A stretch of DNA of 34,199 nt, taken from assembly GCA_023486985.1 (NCBI GenBank), contig JAMDEM010000028.1:1-34199 (forward strand). The letters run 5' to 3'. Within the stretch, counting starts at the first letter, position 1. Each line of letters begins with the position of its first letter. Shown in pieces: positions 1-7,789 of the stretch. This stretch comes from Bacillota bacterium. GTDB lineage: Bacteria > Vulcanimicrobiota > JAMDEM01. A program made the position numbers and the translations under genes. The notes under the pieces were generated by a model. It saw only the letters and a list, made by a program, of their open reading frames with translations, made no database searches and had not been told where the DNA came from.

Positions 1-299
1 TTCTCTGCAACGGTAAGTTCAGGTATGTAGGTGAGCTCCTGATAAATTACTGCAATGCCAATATCCCTTGCAAAATGAGGGTCTGTGATGTCTGTCTTTT
101 TTCCTTTGTAATATATTGCACCGCCGGGATCCATCCGGTAGATGCCGGCAATAATCTTGACCAGAGTTGATTTGCCCGCGCCGTTCTCTCCGATGAGAGC
201 ATGAACTTCTCCCGGTAGAATGGAGAAGCTCACGCCTTTCAGCGCTACTACCTCCGGGAATGTCTTCCTGATATTCTCAAGCCGGAGTATCTCTTCCAA
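1..299 (-). CDS. Sugar ABC transporter ATP-binding protein, N-terminal part (gene runs off the window start)
   Basis: My own minus-strand translation from the TTG at 299-297 gives LEEILRLENIRKTFPEVVALKGVSFSILPGEVHALIGENGAGKSTLVKIIAGIYRMDPGG... The Walker A GENGAGKST and overall pattern are typical of RbsA/MglA-type sugar importer ATPases. The gene starts 6 nt after the stop of the upstream binding-protein gene, which fits an operon. Confidence 0.8.
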   Translation of the reverse strand, partial: MEEILRLENIRKTFPEVVALKGVSFSILPGEVHALIGENGAGKSTLVKIIAGIYRMDPGGAIYYKGKKTDITDPHFARDIGIAVIYQELTYIPELTVAE

Positions 300-305
300 A
301 GTTTT

Positions 306-1283
306 TTATTTACCTCCCGGCGATGCTTTCTCTTTTTCCAGGTAAGCCTTGTCCATGATGGTTACTTCAACGGGAACAAGAGCCGGAATTTTTTCTTTCT
401 TAAGATATTTTCCCACTGCTTCAATTGCCTTTTTGCCTATTTCCTTCGGAAATTGCGCCACGTCACCTTTGAGAGGACTTCCTCTTAAGATGGCTTCCCT
501 TGCTTCAGGAATGGCATCATATCCTACAATGATGATATTGTTTCTCTTTGCTGCTTCCACTGCGCTTAAACACCCGAGAGCGGTATCGTCATTTATGGCA
601 AAGACGCCGTCTATATCGGAGTGCGCCTGGAGCATATTCTCCATGACCTTCATAGCGGTATCCCTCTGGGCTCCGCCGTCTGTCTTATTGATAATCTTAA
701 TGCCGGGGAAGGCTTTGATTCCTTCTTCAAATCCTTTCACCCTGTCCAGGACGGAAGTTGCATAGGGCCAATCAAGGATGATGATATTTCCTTTGCCGTT
801 CAGCAATTTTCCTATGAATTCAGCGGCTTTACGGCCTCCCATTACATTGTCCGATGCGATATGACATTCAACCTTTCCGCCCTCTGAAGCAATGTCCGCC
901 GTGAATACGGGGATGTTCGCCTTGTTGGCGGTCTGGATGGCTTTTTCCACTCCCTTGGAATCAACGGGGCAGACTATCAGTGCATCCACTTTCTGAACGG
1001 TGAAATCCTCGATATCGGAGACCTGCTTGGGAAGCTTAAAATCCGCATCCCTTACGATGAGCTCATAGCCCTCTTTGTCTGCTTCAGCCTTGAGCCCTTC
1101 CTCAAGGTCCTTGTAAAAGTCATGCTGTCTGTTCATAAGAGAAACGCCTATTCTGAGCTTTGCTCCGGGCTGTTTCTCTCCGCCTTGTTGAGCAGTCTGT
1201 TTGGCGCAGGAAAGGGGGATGAAACATAAGAAGAGCATAAGAATAATAAAGGAAAACATTTTGAAAAGATGGTTTTTTTTCAT
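306..1283 (-). CDS. Periplasmic sugar-binding lipoprotein of an ABC importer (RbsB / type I periplasmic binding protein family)
   Basis: ORF track 306..1295. The N-terminus has a hydrophobic segment followed by a lipobox (FIPLSC). The body matches ribose/galactose-binding-protein patterns (IGVSL...DFY, VDALIV, NIPVFT, GYDA). I trimmed the start to the ATG at 1283 because the GTG at 1295 lies inside the AAGGAG Shine-Dalgarno sequence. Confidence 0.8.
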   Translation of the reverse strand: MKKNHLFKMFSFIILMLFLCFIPLSCAKQTAQQGGEKQPGAKLRIGVSLMNRQHDFYKDLEEGLKAEADKEGYELIVRDADFKLPKQVSDIEDFTVQKVDALIVCPVDSKGVEKAIQTANKANIPVFTADIASEGGKVECHIASDNVMGGRKAAEFIGKLLNGKGNIIILDWPYATSVLDRVKGFEEGIKAFPGIKIINKTDGGAQRDTAMKVMENMLQAHSDIDGVFAINDDTALGCLSAVEAAKRNNIIIVGYDAIPEAREAILRGSPLKGDVAQFPKEIGKKAIEAVGKYLKKEKIPALVPVEVTIMDKAYLEKEKASPGGK

Positions 1284-1384
1284 GAGGACTATCACTCCTT
1301 AATTATTATATTATTTAAGGAAATCAGGCACATTTTTTACCCGCTGTCATTATGATGTAGCGCCCGTTCCCCGAACGGATTCCG

Positions 1385-1494
1385 GTCATTGCGAGCTCCC
1401 CACCTTCTCCTCTCTCCTTAAGGGAGAGGGCTTCTTCCATTTCTCCTAGCCCCTCCGGGGAGAGGGCAAGGGTGAGGGTGAAAGTTTTGCAACC
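1385..1494. repeat. Copy A of a dispersed C/G-rich palindromic intergenic repeat (GTCATTGCGAGC ... AAGGGTGAGGG ... TTGCAA)
   Basis: GTCATTGCGAGC lies at 1385-1396. An imperfect hairpin ctctccttaagggagag lies around 1411-1428, and a cccc-tcc-gggg hairpin follows. AAGGGTGAGGG is at 1469-1479 and TTGCAA at 1487-1492. The 5' and 3' ends match copy B at 2993-3057. Confidence 0.7.
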
Positions 1495-1631
1495 TATTTA
1501 ATTTCTCCAATTTACAGATGAATCCCTGTTCTCCAGAAAAATTTGAAATTTCTGCAAAAAATAACTTGACAAAAGAGCCGGTTTATAATATCCTTTAATT
1601 ATAAAAATAAACTAGACAAAATCTTAAGAAA

Positions 1632-2969
1632 GTGTCGAGTATGATATATAAAAGCGACAAAAACGAAATAATTGATATACTCCAGGACTGGAATCTCTGG
1701 AAAAGAGAACAAAGTTCAGGCATTCCCCGCGAAAAATACCTTGCCCGGCTAAAGAGCTTCATTGACACCAATCAAGTCATTACAATAACCGGCCCAAGAA
1801 GATCGGGGAAATCTTTTATCATGAAGCAAATGGCAAAAGCGCTCATCGAAAAAAGTAAAGTTAAGGCTGAAAATGTTTTGATAGTCAATTTAGAAGACCC
1901 CCGTTTCCCTGCTTTAAGCCTGAAACTTCTCGAGCAAATTTATGAAGCTTATCTTGAATTTTTATCTCCAAAAGGGCAGATTTTTATCTTTCTCGACGAA
2001 GTTCAGGAAATAGAAAGCTGGGAAAAGTGGGTAAGGATGATGCATGAATTAAGAAAAGCAAAAATTATAGTTTCAGGCTCGAATGCAAAACTGTTAAGCA
2101 GGGAGCTTGGCACGCTGCTTACAGGCAGGCATCTTGATTTGACTGTTTTTCCACTATCCTTTAAAGAATTTCTTGAATTTAATGGCGTTATTTTACTAGA
2201 CAGGCTGGATATAATAAACAGAAAAATTGAAATTAAAGGCTTATTGCGCAAGTACCTTGAATTTGGATCATTTCCTGAGGCTGTGCTATCGGAACAAAAA
2301 AAAGAGATTCTGCTTAACTATTTTGAAGACATTGTAAATAAGGATTTGCTAAGAAGGTTCAGAATAAGAAAATATCAGGATTTAAATGCGCTTGTCAAGT
2401 TCTATCTCAGCAATATATCCTCACTTGCCACCTACAGATCTCTTGAAAAATCTCTTAAAATATCTAATGACACTATAGAGAAATTTTCGGGTTATCTTGA
2501 GCAGGTTTATCTGGTGTTTCTGTTAAAAAGGTTTTCTTTTAAAGTGAGGGAGCAGGAAAATAGCCCCAGGAAAGTTTATGCGATTGACACAGGCTTGTGT
2601 AATGCAGTAGGTTTCAGATTTAGCGAAAATTTTGGCAGACTTGCTGAAAACCTTGTTTTTCTGGAATTGAAAAGGAGGCAGGCTTTAAAAATCGAGAAGG
2701 AACTTTATTTCTGGAAGGATGAATACCATAAGGAAGTTGACTTTTTAATAAAAGAGGGTTTGAGGGTTAAGGAGCTTATACAGGTTTGCTGGAACATAAG
2801 AAGCGAGAAAACAAAAAGCAGAGAGATAAGAAGCCTTCTGAAGGCGATGGATGAATTTGAACTTGACGAAGCAGCAATTATTACTGAAGATGACGAGGCA
2901 GAGGAAAAGATAAAGGGAAAAACAATTAGGTTTCTGCCATTGTGGAAATGGCTGCTTGAAGATGAGTGA
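1632..2969 (+). CDS. AAA+ ATPase of the COG1373 type (AAA_14 N-terminal domain plus DUF4143 / restriction-endonuclease-like C-terminal region)
   Basis: Walker A ITITGPRRSGKSF, Walker B IFIFLDEVQ and a C-terminal KEVDFLI acidic motif. The architecture matches the second ATPase at 6344..7723. The true start may be the ATG at 1641 rather than the GTG at 1632. Confidence 0.8.
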   Translation: MSSMIYKSDKNEIIDILQDWNLWKREQSSGIPREKYLARLKSFIDTNQVITITGPRRSGKSFIMKQMAKALIEKSKVKAENVLIVNLEDPRFPALSLKLLEQIYEAYLEFLSPKGQIFIFLDEVQEIESWEKWVRMMHELRKAKIIVSGSNAKLLSRELGTLLTGRHLDLTVFPLSFKEFLEFNGVILLDRLDIINRKIEIKGLLRKYLEFGSFPEAVLSEQKKEILLNYFEDIVNKDLLRRFRIRKYQDLNALVKFYLSNISSLATYRSLEKSLKISNDTIEKFSGYLEQVYLVFLLKRFSFKVREQENSPRKVYAIDTGLCNAVGFRFSENFGRLAENLVFLELKRRQALKIEKELYFWKDEYHKEVDFLIKEGLRVKELIQVCWNIRSEKTKSREIRSLLKAMDEFELDEAAIITEDDEAEEKIKGKTIRFLPLWKWLLEDE

Positions 2970-2992
2970 TGTAGGAAAAGCTTGTCATTTTT

Positions 2993-3057
2993 GTCGTTGC
3001 GAGCTTCCCATTTCCCCTCTCCCACTGGGAAAGGGTGAGGGGAAAAGCCTTGCAATC
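2993..3057. repeat. Copy B of the GTCRTTGCGAG...GGTGAGGG...TTGCAA repeat family, between convergent genes (possible bidirectional terminator)
   Basis: GTCGTTGCGAGCTTCCCA is at 2993-3010 and the palindrome tcccactggga is around 3020-3030. GGGAAAGGGTGAGGGG is at 3028-3042 and TTGCAA at 3050-3055. The element fills the gap between the stop codons at 2969 and 3071. Confidence 0.7.
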
Positions 3058-3070
3058 CCGGTTTGACGCA

Positions 3071-4780
3071 CTATACCAAATATTGTCCGTCAAATATGAT
3101 AGGAGAATTCTGAGCTTTTTCCATACCGCCGGAAGCCTTCGTTTTAATAACAACATCCGCCGGGTCTTCCGTTATCTTTATTCCTTTTTCAGGATTCACA
3201 GGCGCAGGCTTGCCGTTTATCGTGGCAGATACTATTTCCGAGCCGTCTCCTGAAGACTGAACCTTTAACGAAGATATATTTCCAAAAGGAACAGGCGTAT
3301 TCATGTTTGCATAATTTAGTTGAGGATTCAAATTAGGTTTTACATATGTGCCGTCTCCGGGATAGTAATTAAGCCCGATAACTTTTTTCATCATCATTTC
3401 ACTGTAAAGGGAATTTGCCCATGAGAACCAGCCCCTGCTGTATTCGCCGGGGTTATCGGGATTTACGCCCTCATGCATGTAGTGAGTGCCTGCATCAAGA
3501 TTGTTAAGATACGTCTCCATCTTCTGTATTTCACCGGGATCATTTGAGGTAAGCGCCTGCATTGTTATTGCCAGGGGCCATACTCTTTTGCCGGGCGTAT
3601 GGGGGCTTCCCACTCCGGCTCCTTGAGTTCCTGAATAATAATATGGATTATCTTTGCTTAACACAAAATTGCGGGTATTTTTGTAAGTCGGGTCATTCGG
3701 CGAACAGAATTCCAGATAAGGAGCTGAAAGCAAGCTGGGCACATTTGCATCATCCATCAAATTTGCATTGCCGTTATCATCAACCTCGTATGCCCACATT
3801 TTGCCGTAAACAGGATGATTGTAGGTTACATATTTTTCAATGCCGGCTTTAATATTATTGCCGATGTCTTCGCATTCCTTTGCCCTCACGGGATCGTTCC
3901 AGATATTTAAATACATATCTTTAAGCTTGGGCATCGTGGAAGCAAGGAACATATTGGTTGGTATTAAATATGGATACTTTGTCTCATCATCACTGGGACG
4001 GTTGTTGCATTTAACCAACCCGGTGGGACCGGTTTTTTGCTTGATTAAATCAATGGCTTTATCAAAAGCTTTTTTAGCATCAAAGTCGCCTGACTGGCGC
4101 GCCCATGAATCATCACCGCTTACTTTGGTGTAAAGTGATGCAAGGCGAATCAGATATGCCACACCGTCCGGCTCGTACTTGCGCTCCCAAGGGGTGTAAT
4201 CGTCTTTCCACGAATTTACAAAAGGTGCATCCGGCTCGGAAGAGTTGAAATTTTTTATATGCCTTAAAATAGTTCCTTTGATTACTCTTTGCAGTTCGGG
4301 ATTATCCTTGCTCATATAAACATAAGGTTGTATCTGGGCGCATGAATCTCTCACCCACATGGCGGGAATATCGCCGGTTATGGTAAAAGTGGTGCCGTCC
4401 GGTTTTAAATTTACAGTTGTCTTCAGGGTGTTGGGAAGGCAATTCTTAAATGTTTCCTTCGCATAGGAGTCGGGAATATCAAAGCCTGCAGCAAAATTAT
4501 CAATCGTCTTCAGTCCATCCTGTGCCGCAGTTATTTTGCCGCCTGCCTGCTTCGCCTCCCCCGTTATTAAAGAGGGTTGGTGGGATTCTTTCTTCAGTCG
4601 GGAAATCATATTCATATCGGCAAGAAGAGCATCTTTTTTCCTGCTGGAGATTTCAACCCTGTCCTTCGAAACTGCCGGAGGATTGAGTTTCACAGAAGCA
4701 GTCTCAGAGGGGGCGATTTTATTCAGCTTCGCCTCGTTCCCCGAAAGGAAAGCTCCTCCCTGACCATCAATTTTTTCCAT
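3071..4780 (-). CDS. Glycoside hydrolase family 125 (metal-independent exo-alpha-1,6-mannosidase family, DUF1237) with a ~130-aa non-catalytic N-terminal leader
   Basis: The family signature ITGDIPAMWVRDSCAQIQPYV is present and the remainder has GH125-like length. An AGGAG Shine-Dalgarno sequence lies 9 nt before the ATG. The N-terminus (MEKIDGQGG...SKDRVEISSRKKDALL...) has no hydrophobic signal peptide. Confidence 0.8.
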   Translation of the reverse strand: MEKIDGQGGAFLSGNEAKLNKIAPSETASVKLNPPAVSKDRVEISSRKKDALLADMNMISRLKKESHQPSLITGEAKQAGGKITAAQDGLKTIDNFAAGFDIPDSYAKETFKNCLPNTLKTTVNLKPDGTTFTITGDIPAMWVRDSCAQIQPYVYMSKDNPELQRVIKGTILRHIKNFNSSEPDAPFVNSWKDDYTPWERKYEPDGVAYLIRLASLYTKVSGDDSWARQSGDFDAKKAFDKAIDLIKQKTGPTGLVKCNNRPSDDETKYPYLIPTNMFLASTMPKLKDMYLNIWNDPVRAKECEDIGNNIKAGIEKYVTYNHPVYGKMWAYEVDDNGNANLMDDANVPSLLSAPYLEFCSPNDPTYKNTRNFVLSKDNPYYYSGTQGAGVGSPHTPGKRVWPLAITMQALTSNDPGEIQKMETYLNNLDAGTHYMHEGVNPDNPGEYSRGWFSWANSLYSEMMMKKVIGLNYYPGDGTYVKPNLNPQLNYANMNTPVPFGNISSLKVQSSGDGSEIVSATINGKPAPVNPEKGIKITEDPADVVIKTKASGGMEKAQNSPIIFDGQYLV

Positions 4781-4799
4781 TACTTGCTACTCCTAATTT

Positions 4800-4838
4800 G
4801 TCATTGCGAGGTCACCGAAGGTGACCGTGGCACTCTCT
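4800..4838. repeat. Copy C (short form) of the GTCATTGCGAG repeat with a perfect hairpin, in the 60-bp GH130-GH125 spacer
   Basis: GTCATTGCGAG is at 4800-4810. The 7-bp stem ggtcacc (4810-4816) and ggtgacc (4820-4826) flank a gaa loop. A REP-like intra-operon hairpin is the likely role. Confidence 0.65.
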
Positions 4839-4840
4839 AA

Positions 4841-6067
4841 CTACGCGGCTTTTCCAAGCGCATTGAAAGTCTTGACGATACCTGCAGCTATCGGGCTCTG
4901 CATTGCAGGAGCAACCGCAGCAACTGCCAGTCCGATGTAGCGGTCCGCACCGCCAAAATAAATGTCAACCTTGCCGTTTTGAACCGTCATCCCCTCGGCG
5001 AAGACTACATTGTCAATGTATCCGTGCTTTTCCCAGTCCTGGGTGGGGGATAGTATTGGCTTATCGGTTCTTGCGATAATCTTTGTGGGATCATTCTTGT
5101 CGAAGAGCACTGCGCCGACGTTGTAATTCTTATGTTCCCCGCCGTCGCCTCCGTTGCTGTTATATATCATAAGGATTCCGTCCTTTGTATAGAAGGGCGG
5201 GGGTCCGGGCTCCACGAGGTTGCTGTCGAATTTGTCCCCTCTGGTCTTGATGACCGGATTCATAATCGGCGTCCAGTGGAGAAGGTCATCAGAAAAAGCC
5301 ATCCAGATGTTGGTGTCCCCGAAGTACATAACATAACGGTCCTTGAAAAGTCCGCTTTTCACCTTCTCGGGAAGAATTGCGCCGGACTTTGTCCAGCCTC
5401 CTGTTGCCGGGAAATCAGGGAATAACGGTCCGTGTTTTTGCCAGTTACGCAAGTCATTGGAAGTTGCCATGCACAGCCTTGCCTTATCGCCGTCATAGGC
5501 GGTGTAGGTCAGGTAATAGGTATCTTTAACTTTAATAAGGCGGGGGTCCTCTATGCCCTTTTTTTCGTAGTCATATTCAGGAACGATGATGGGTTTATCT
5601 TCTCTTTCAAAGTGAATGCCGTCTTTGCTGGTGGCAAGACCAATCCTGCCGGTGATTTGTCCCTGTGGCTCACTCTTGTCCTCGCCTCTATAGAGCATGT
5701 AAGTGACGCCGTTTTCGCGGATGGTTGCCATGTTATAAATATTTCGGGAATCAAAGCCGGTGTCACTGGGTTTCATAATGGGTTCTGACATCTTCTCGAA
5801 GGGTTTTAGTTCTAAATCTGCGGCTTCCCCCGGTCCTTTGGGGGTAATTTTGGAAACAAGGGAGTTAAGGACTTCCTTGTCATTATCCTGTGAGATTGAA
5901 AAGAGTTTTCTGGGATCGGAAATCAGCTTGAGGTCATCCCTCTTTTTCCCTATGGATACGGCATCCTTTGTGAATGCCGTATCCTTCCCAGAGGCTGATT
6001 CCGCCAGCCTGGAATTGCCGGATTCTTTTGGAGTGTAAATAGGCTGAGAAACATTAATCTTATCCAC
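4841..6067 (-). CDS. Glycoside hydrolase family 130 (beta-mannoside phosphorylase/hydrolase, DUF377) with a ~100-aa N-terminal leader
   Basis: The motifs GIEDPRLIKVKDTYYLTYTAYDG, ATSNDLRNWQKHGP, KSGAILPEK and AFSDDLLHWTP are typical of the GH130 five-bladed propeller. The start is a GTG at 6067 preceded by AAGGGGGAAA. The N-terminus (MDKINVSQPIY...TKDAVSIGKKRDDL) has no signal peptide. Confidence 0.8.
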   Translation of the reverse strand: MDKINVSQPIYTPKESGNSRLAESASGKDTAFTKDAVSIGKKRDDLKLISDPRKLFSISQDNDKEVLNSLVSKITPKGPGEAADLELKPFEKMSEPIMKPSDTGFDSRNIYNMATIRENGVTYMLYRGEDKSEPQGQITGRIGLATSKDGIHFEREDKPIIVPEYDYEKKGIEDPRLIKVKDTYYLTYTAYDGDKARLCMATSNDLRNWQKHGPLFPDFPATGGWTKSGAILPEKVKSGLFKDRYVMYFGDTNIWMAFSDDLLHWTPIMNPVIKTRGDKFDSNLVEPGPPPFYTKDGILMIYNSNGGDGGEHKNYNVGAVLFDKNDPTKIIARTDKPILSPTQDWEKHGYIDNVVFAEGMTVQNGKVDIYFGGADRYIGLAVAAVAPAMQSPIAAGIVKTFNALGKAA

Positions 6068-6308
6068 GTGTTTCCCCCTTACTTAAGCTAATATATAATA
6101 AACCTGTAATTATGTTCATGTTTATTTTATCATTATGCACATAATATTGTAAAGAAAAAATTGTTAACAAATTGTAAACAATTGGCTATATCCCGACATA
6201 TCCTTCGAGGACTTGTCAATAGGTTTGTAAAAGTCATTTAGGCGGCTTTCTATAGAGAGTTCATAGAATCCAATTGATTAAATTTTCGGGGGAATTTCAT
6301 ATTGCTAT

Positions 6309-6355
6309 TTACAAATACATAAAAATGCCTTATAATTGCTATTATGAATAGCAAT
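6309..6355 (+). promoter_or_regulatory. Sigma70-like promoter (TTACAA-N16-TATAAT) overlapping a perfect 9-bp inverted repeat that encloses the ATG of the downstream ATPase; implies a leaderless or near-leaderless mRNA
   Basis: TTACAA is at 6309-6314 and TATAAT at 6331-6336. The arm attgctatt (6335-6343), the ATG (6344-6346) and the arm aatagcaat (6347-6355) form a perfect palindrome. No Shine-Dalgarno sequence lies upstream. A third attgctatt occurs at 6301-6309. Confidence 0.4.
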
Positions 6356-7723
6356 ATAATTCAAGAACATAATCCTTGGTGGCGCCGCCCGGAGTTTATT
6401 CTGGAAGATAATTTTCTTGCAGAGCTGGAGAGGCAAAAGTATCCTTTTTACCACTCGTTATACCACAGCCTTCCTGTCAATAAAGACGGCATTCTAACTT
6501 TGAGAGGACCACGGCGCATTGGCAAAACAACCCTTTTAAAACTCTTGATCAAGCGCCTGCTTTTGGAAGAGAAGGTGGAGAAAGAAAATGCGTTGTTCTT
6601 TCCCTGCGACACGATAAGTGATTACAAAGATTTGGAAAATTTGTTAACTTCTTACTTAAATTATGTCCGTCCCAAAAGTCAGAAGCGGCTTTTTATTTTT
6701 TTGGACGAAATTTCTTTTGTTAAGGAGTGGCAAAGAGCTATAAAGCTGCTTGCAGATTCAGGAAAATTGAAGAACTCTTTGGTTTTAATCACGGGTTCAA
6801 ATGTTTTAGACCTTAAATATTCTGCGGAACGGCTGCCGGGCAGGCGGGGAGAAATTTTTCCATGGGATATCACTTTCTTGCCCTTAACCTTCCATGAATT
6901 TATCACTCTTTTAAAACCAGAATTTTTAACCGATCCTCTCCCCGCTTCTCTTGCTCTCCTGCCTCATTTTCAAAAACTGTTTACTGATTATCTTATCTGC
7001 GGCGGCTTTCCCGTCACCATCAATGAGTACTTTGCTAAAGGCTACATATCTACCCAGACTTACGAGATTTTTTTGGCATGGATTGAAGGCGACCTGCACA
7101 GGGTGGGAAAATCAGAAAACTTTACTTATCAAATAATGAAGCGTCTTTTTGTTCATTTAACCAGCGCAATAAGTTTTTATAAATTAAGCCGGGAATCAGG
7201 CATTGCATCTCATACTACAGTTGAAGAATACCTGGAAATTTTTGAAAAAATGTTTATCATTTGCCGCCTGCCGTTTTTTTCTCTTGAGCAGAAACAGGTG
7301 TTTTTCCGCAAGAACAGCAAGGTTTATTTTGCCGACCCCTTTATTTTTAATTGCTTAAAAGCCAGGACAGAGGGATTTTCCCAGAATGCTTTTGCTTATA
7401 CCAGGGACTTTATTAACAGGGCTGACAACCGGCCGTCCTTAGTAGAAAATACTGCATGCTCCCATCTTCAGAGAAATTTCTCTTCTTTGTATTTTGGCCG
7501 CGCTGGCAATGACAAGGAAATTGATTTTGTCGGCTTCAAAGAAAGCAAATACTCGTACTTTGAAATTAAATATCAGGAAAAGGTTAAGGCGGAAGAATTT
7601 TCATGGGCAAAGAAAATTCTCGGTCACAGCAGGTTAACAGTTTTATGCCGGAAAGATTATCTGAAGGGAGAACTTTCGCTTATTCCCGCAGAGATGTTCC
7701 TTGGCTATTTTCGAACCATTTAA
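6344..7723 (+). CDS. AAA+ ATPase of the COG1373 type (AAA_14 plus DUF4143), diverged paralogue of 1632..2969
   Basis: Walker A LTLRGPRRIGKTT, Walker B LFIFLDEIS and a C-terminal KEIDFVGF acidic motif. Confidence 0.8.
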   Translation: MNSNIIQEHNPWWRRPEFILEDNFLAELERQKYPFYHSLYHSLPVNKDGILTLRGPRRIGKTTLLKLLIKRLLLEEKVEKENALFFPCDTISDYKDLENLLTSYLNYVRPKSQKRLFIFLDEISFVKEWQRAIKLLADSGKLKNSLVLITGSNVLDLKYSAERLPGRRGEIFPWDITFLPLTFHEFITLLKPEFLTDPLPASLALLPHFQKLFTDYLICGGFPVTINEYFAKGYISTQTYEIFLAWIEGDLHRVGKSENFTYQIMKRLFVHLTSAISFYKLSRESGIASHTTVEEYLEIFEKMFIICRLPFFSLEQKQVFFRKNSKVYFADPFIFNCLKARTEGFSQNAFAYTRDFINRADNRPSLVENTACSHLQRNFSSLYFGRAGNDKEIDFVGFKESKYSYFEIKYQEKVKAEEFSWAKKILGHSRLTVLCRKDYLKGELSLIPAEMFLGYFRTI

Positions 7724-7789
7724 ATCACAGACACAGTCTATGAAAGTCCTGTAGGGGGTTGATTCATCAAACCCGCTCTTATCGGGCGG

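Noticed and set aside
1566-1589. TTGACA ... TATAAT promoter upstream of the first ATPase
   Set aside because: The spacing between the hexamers is only 12 nt (14 for an alternative TAATAT), outside the functional range. I therefore did not report it as a promoter.
2705-3253. Three overlapping small ORFs (2705..3055 minus, 2926..3156 minus, 3035..3253 plus)
   Set aside because: They are generated by the antisense strand of real genes plus the G/C-rich repeat copy B. They have no ribosome-binding sites or motifs.
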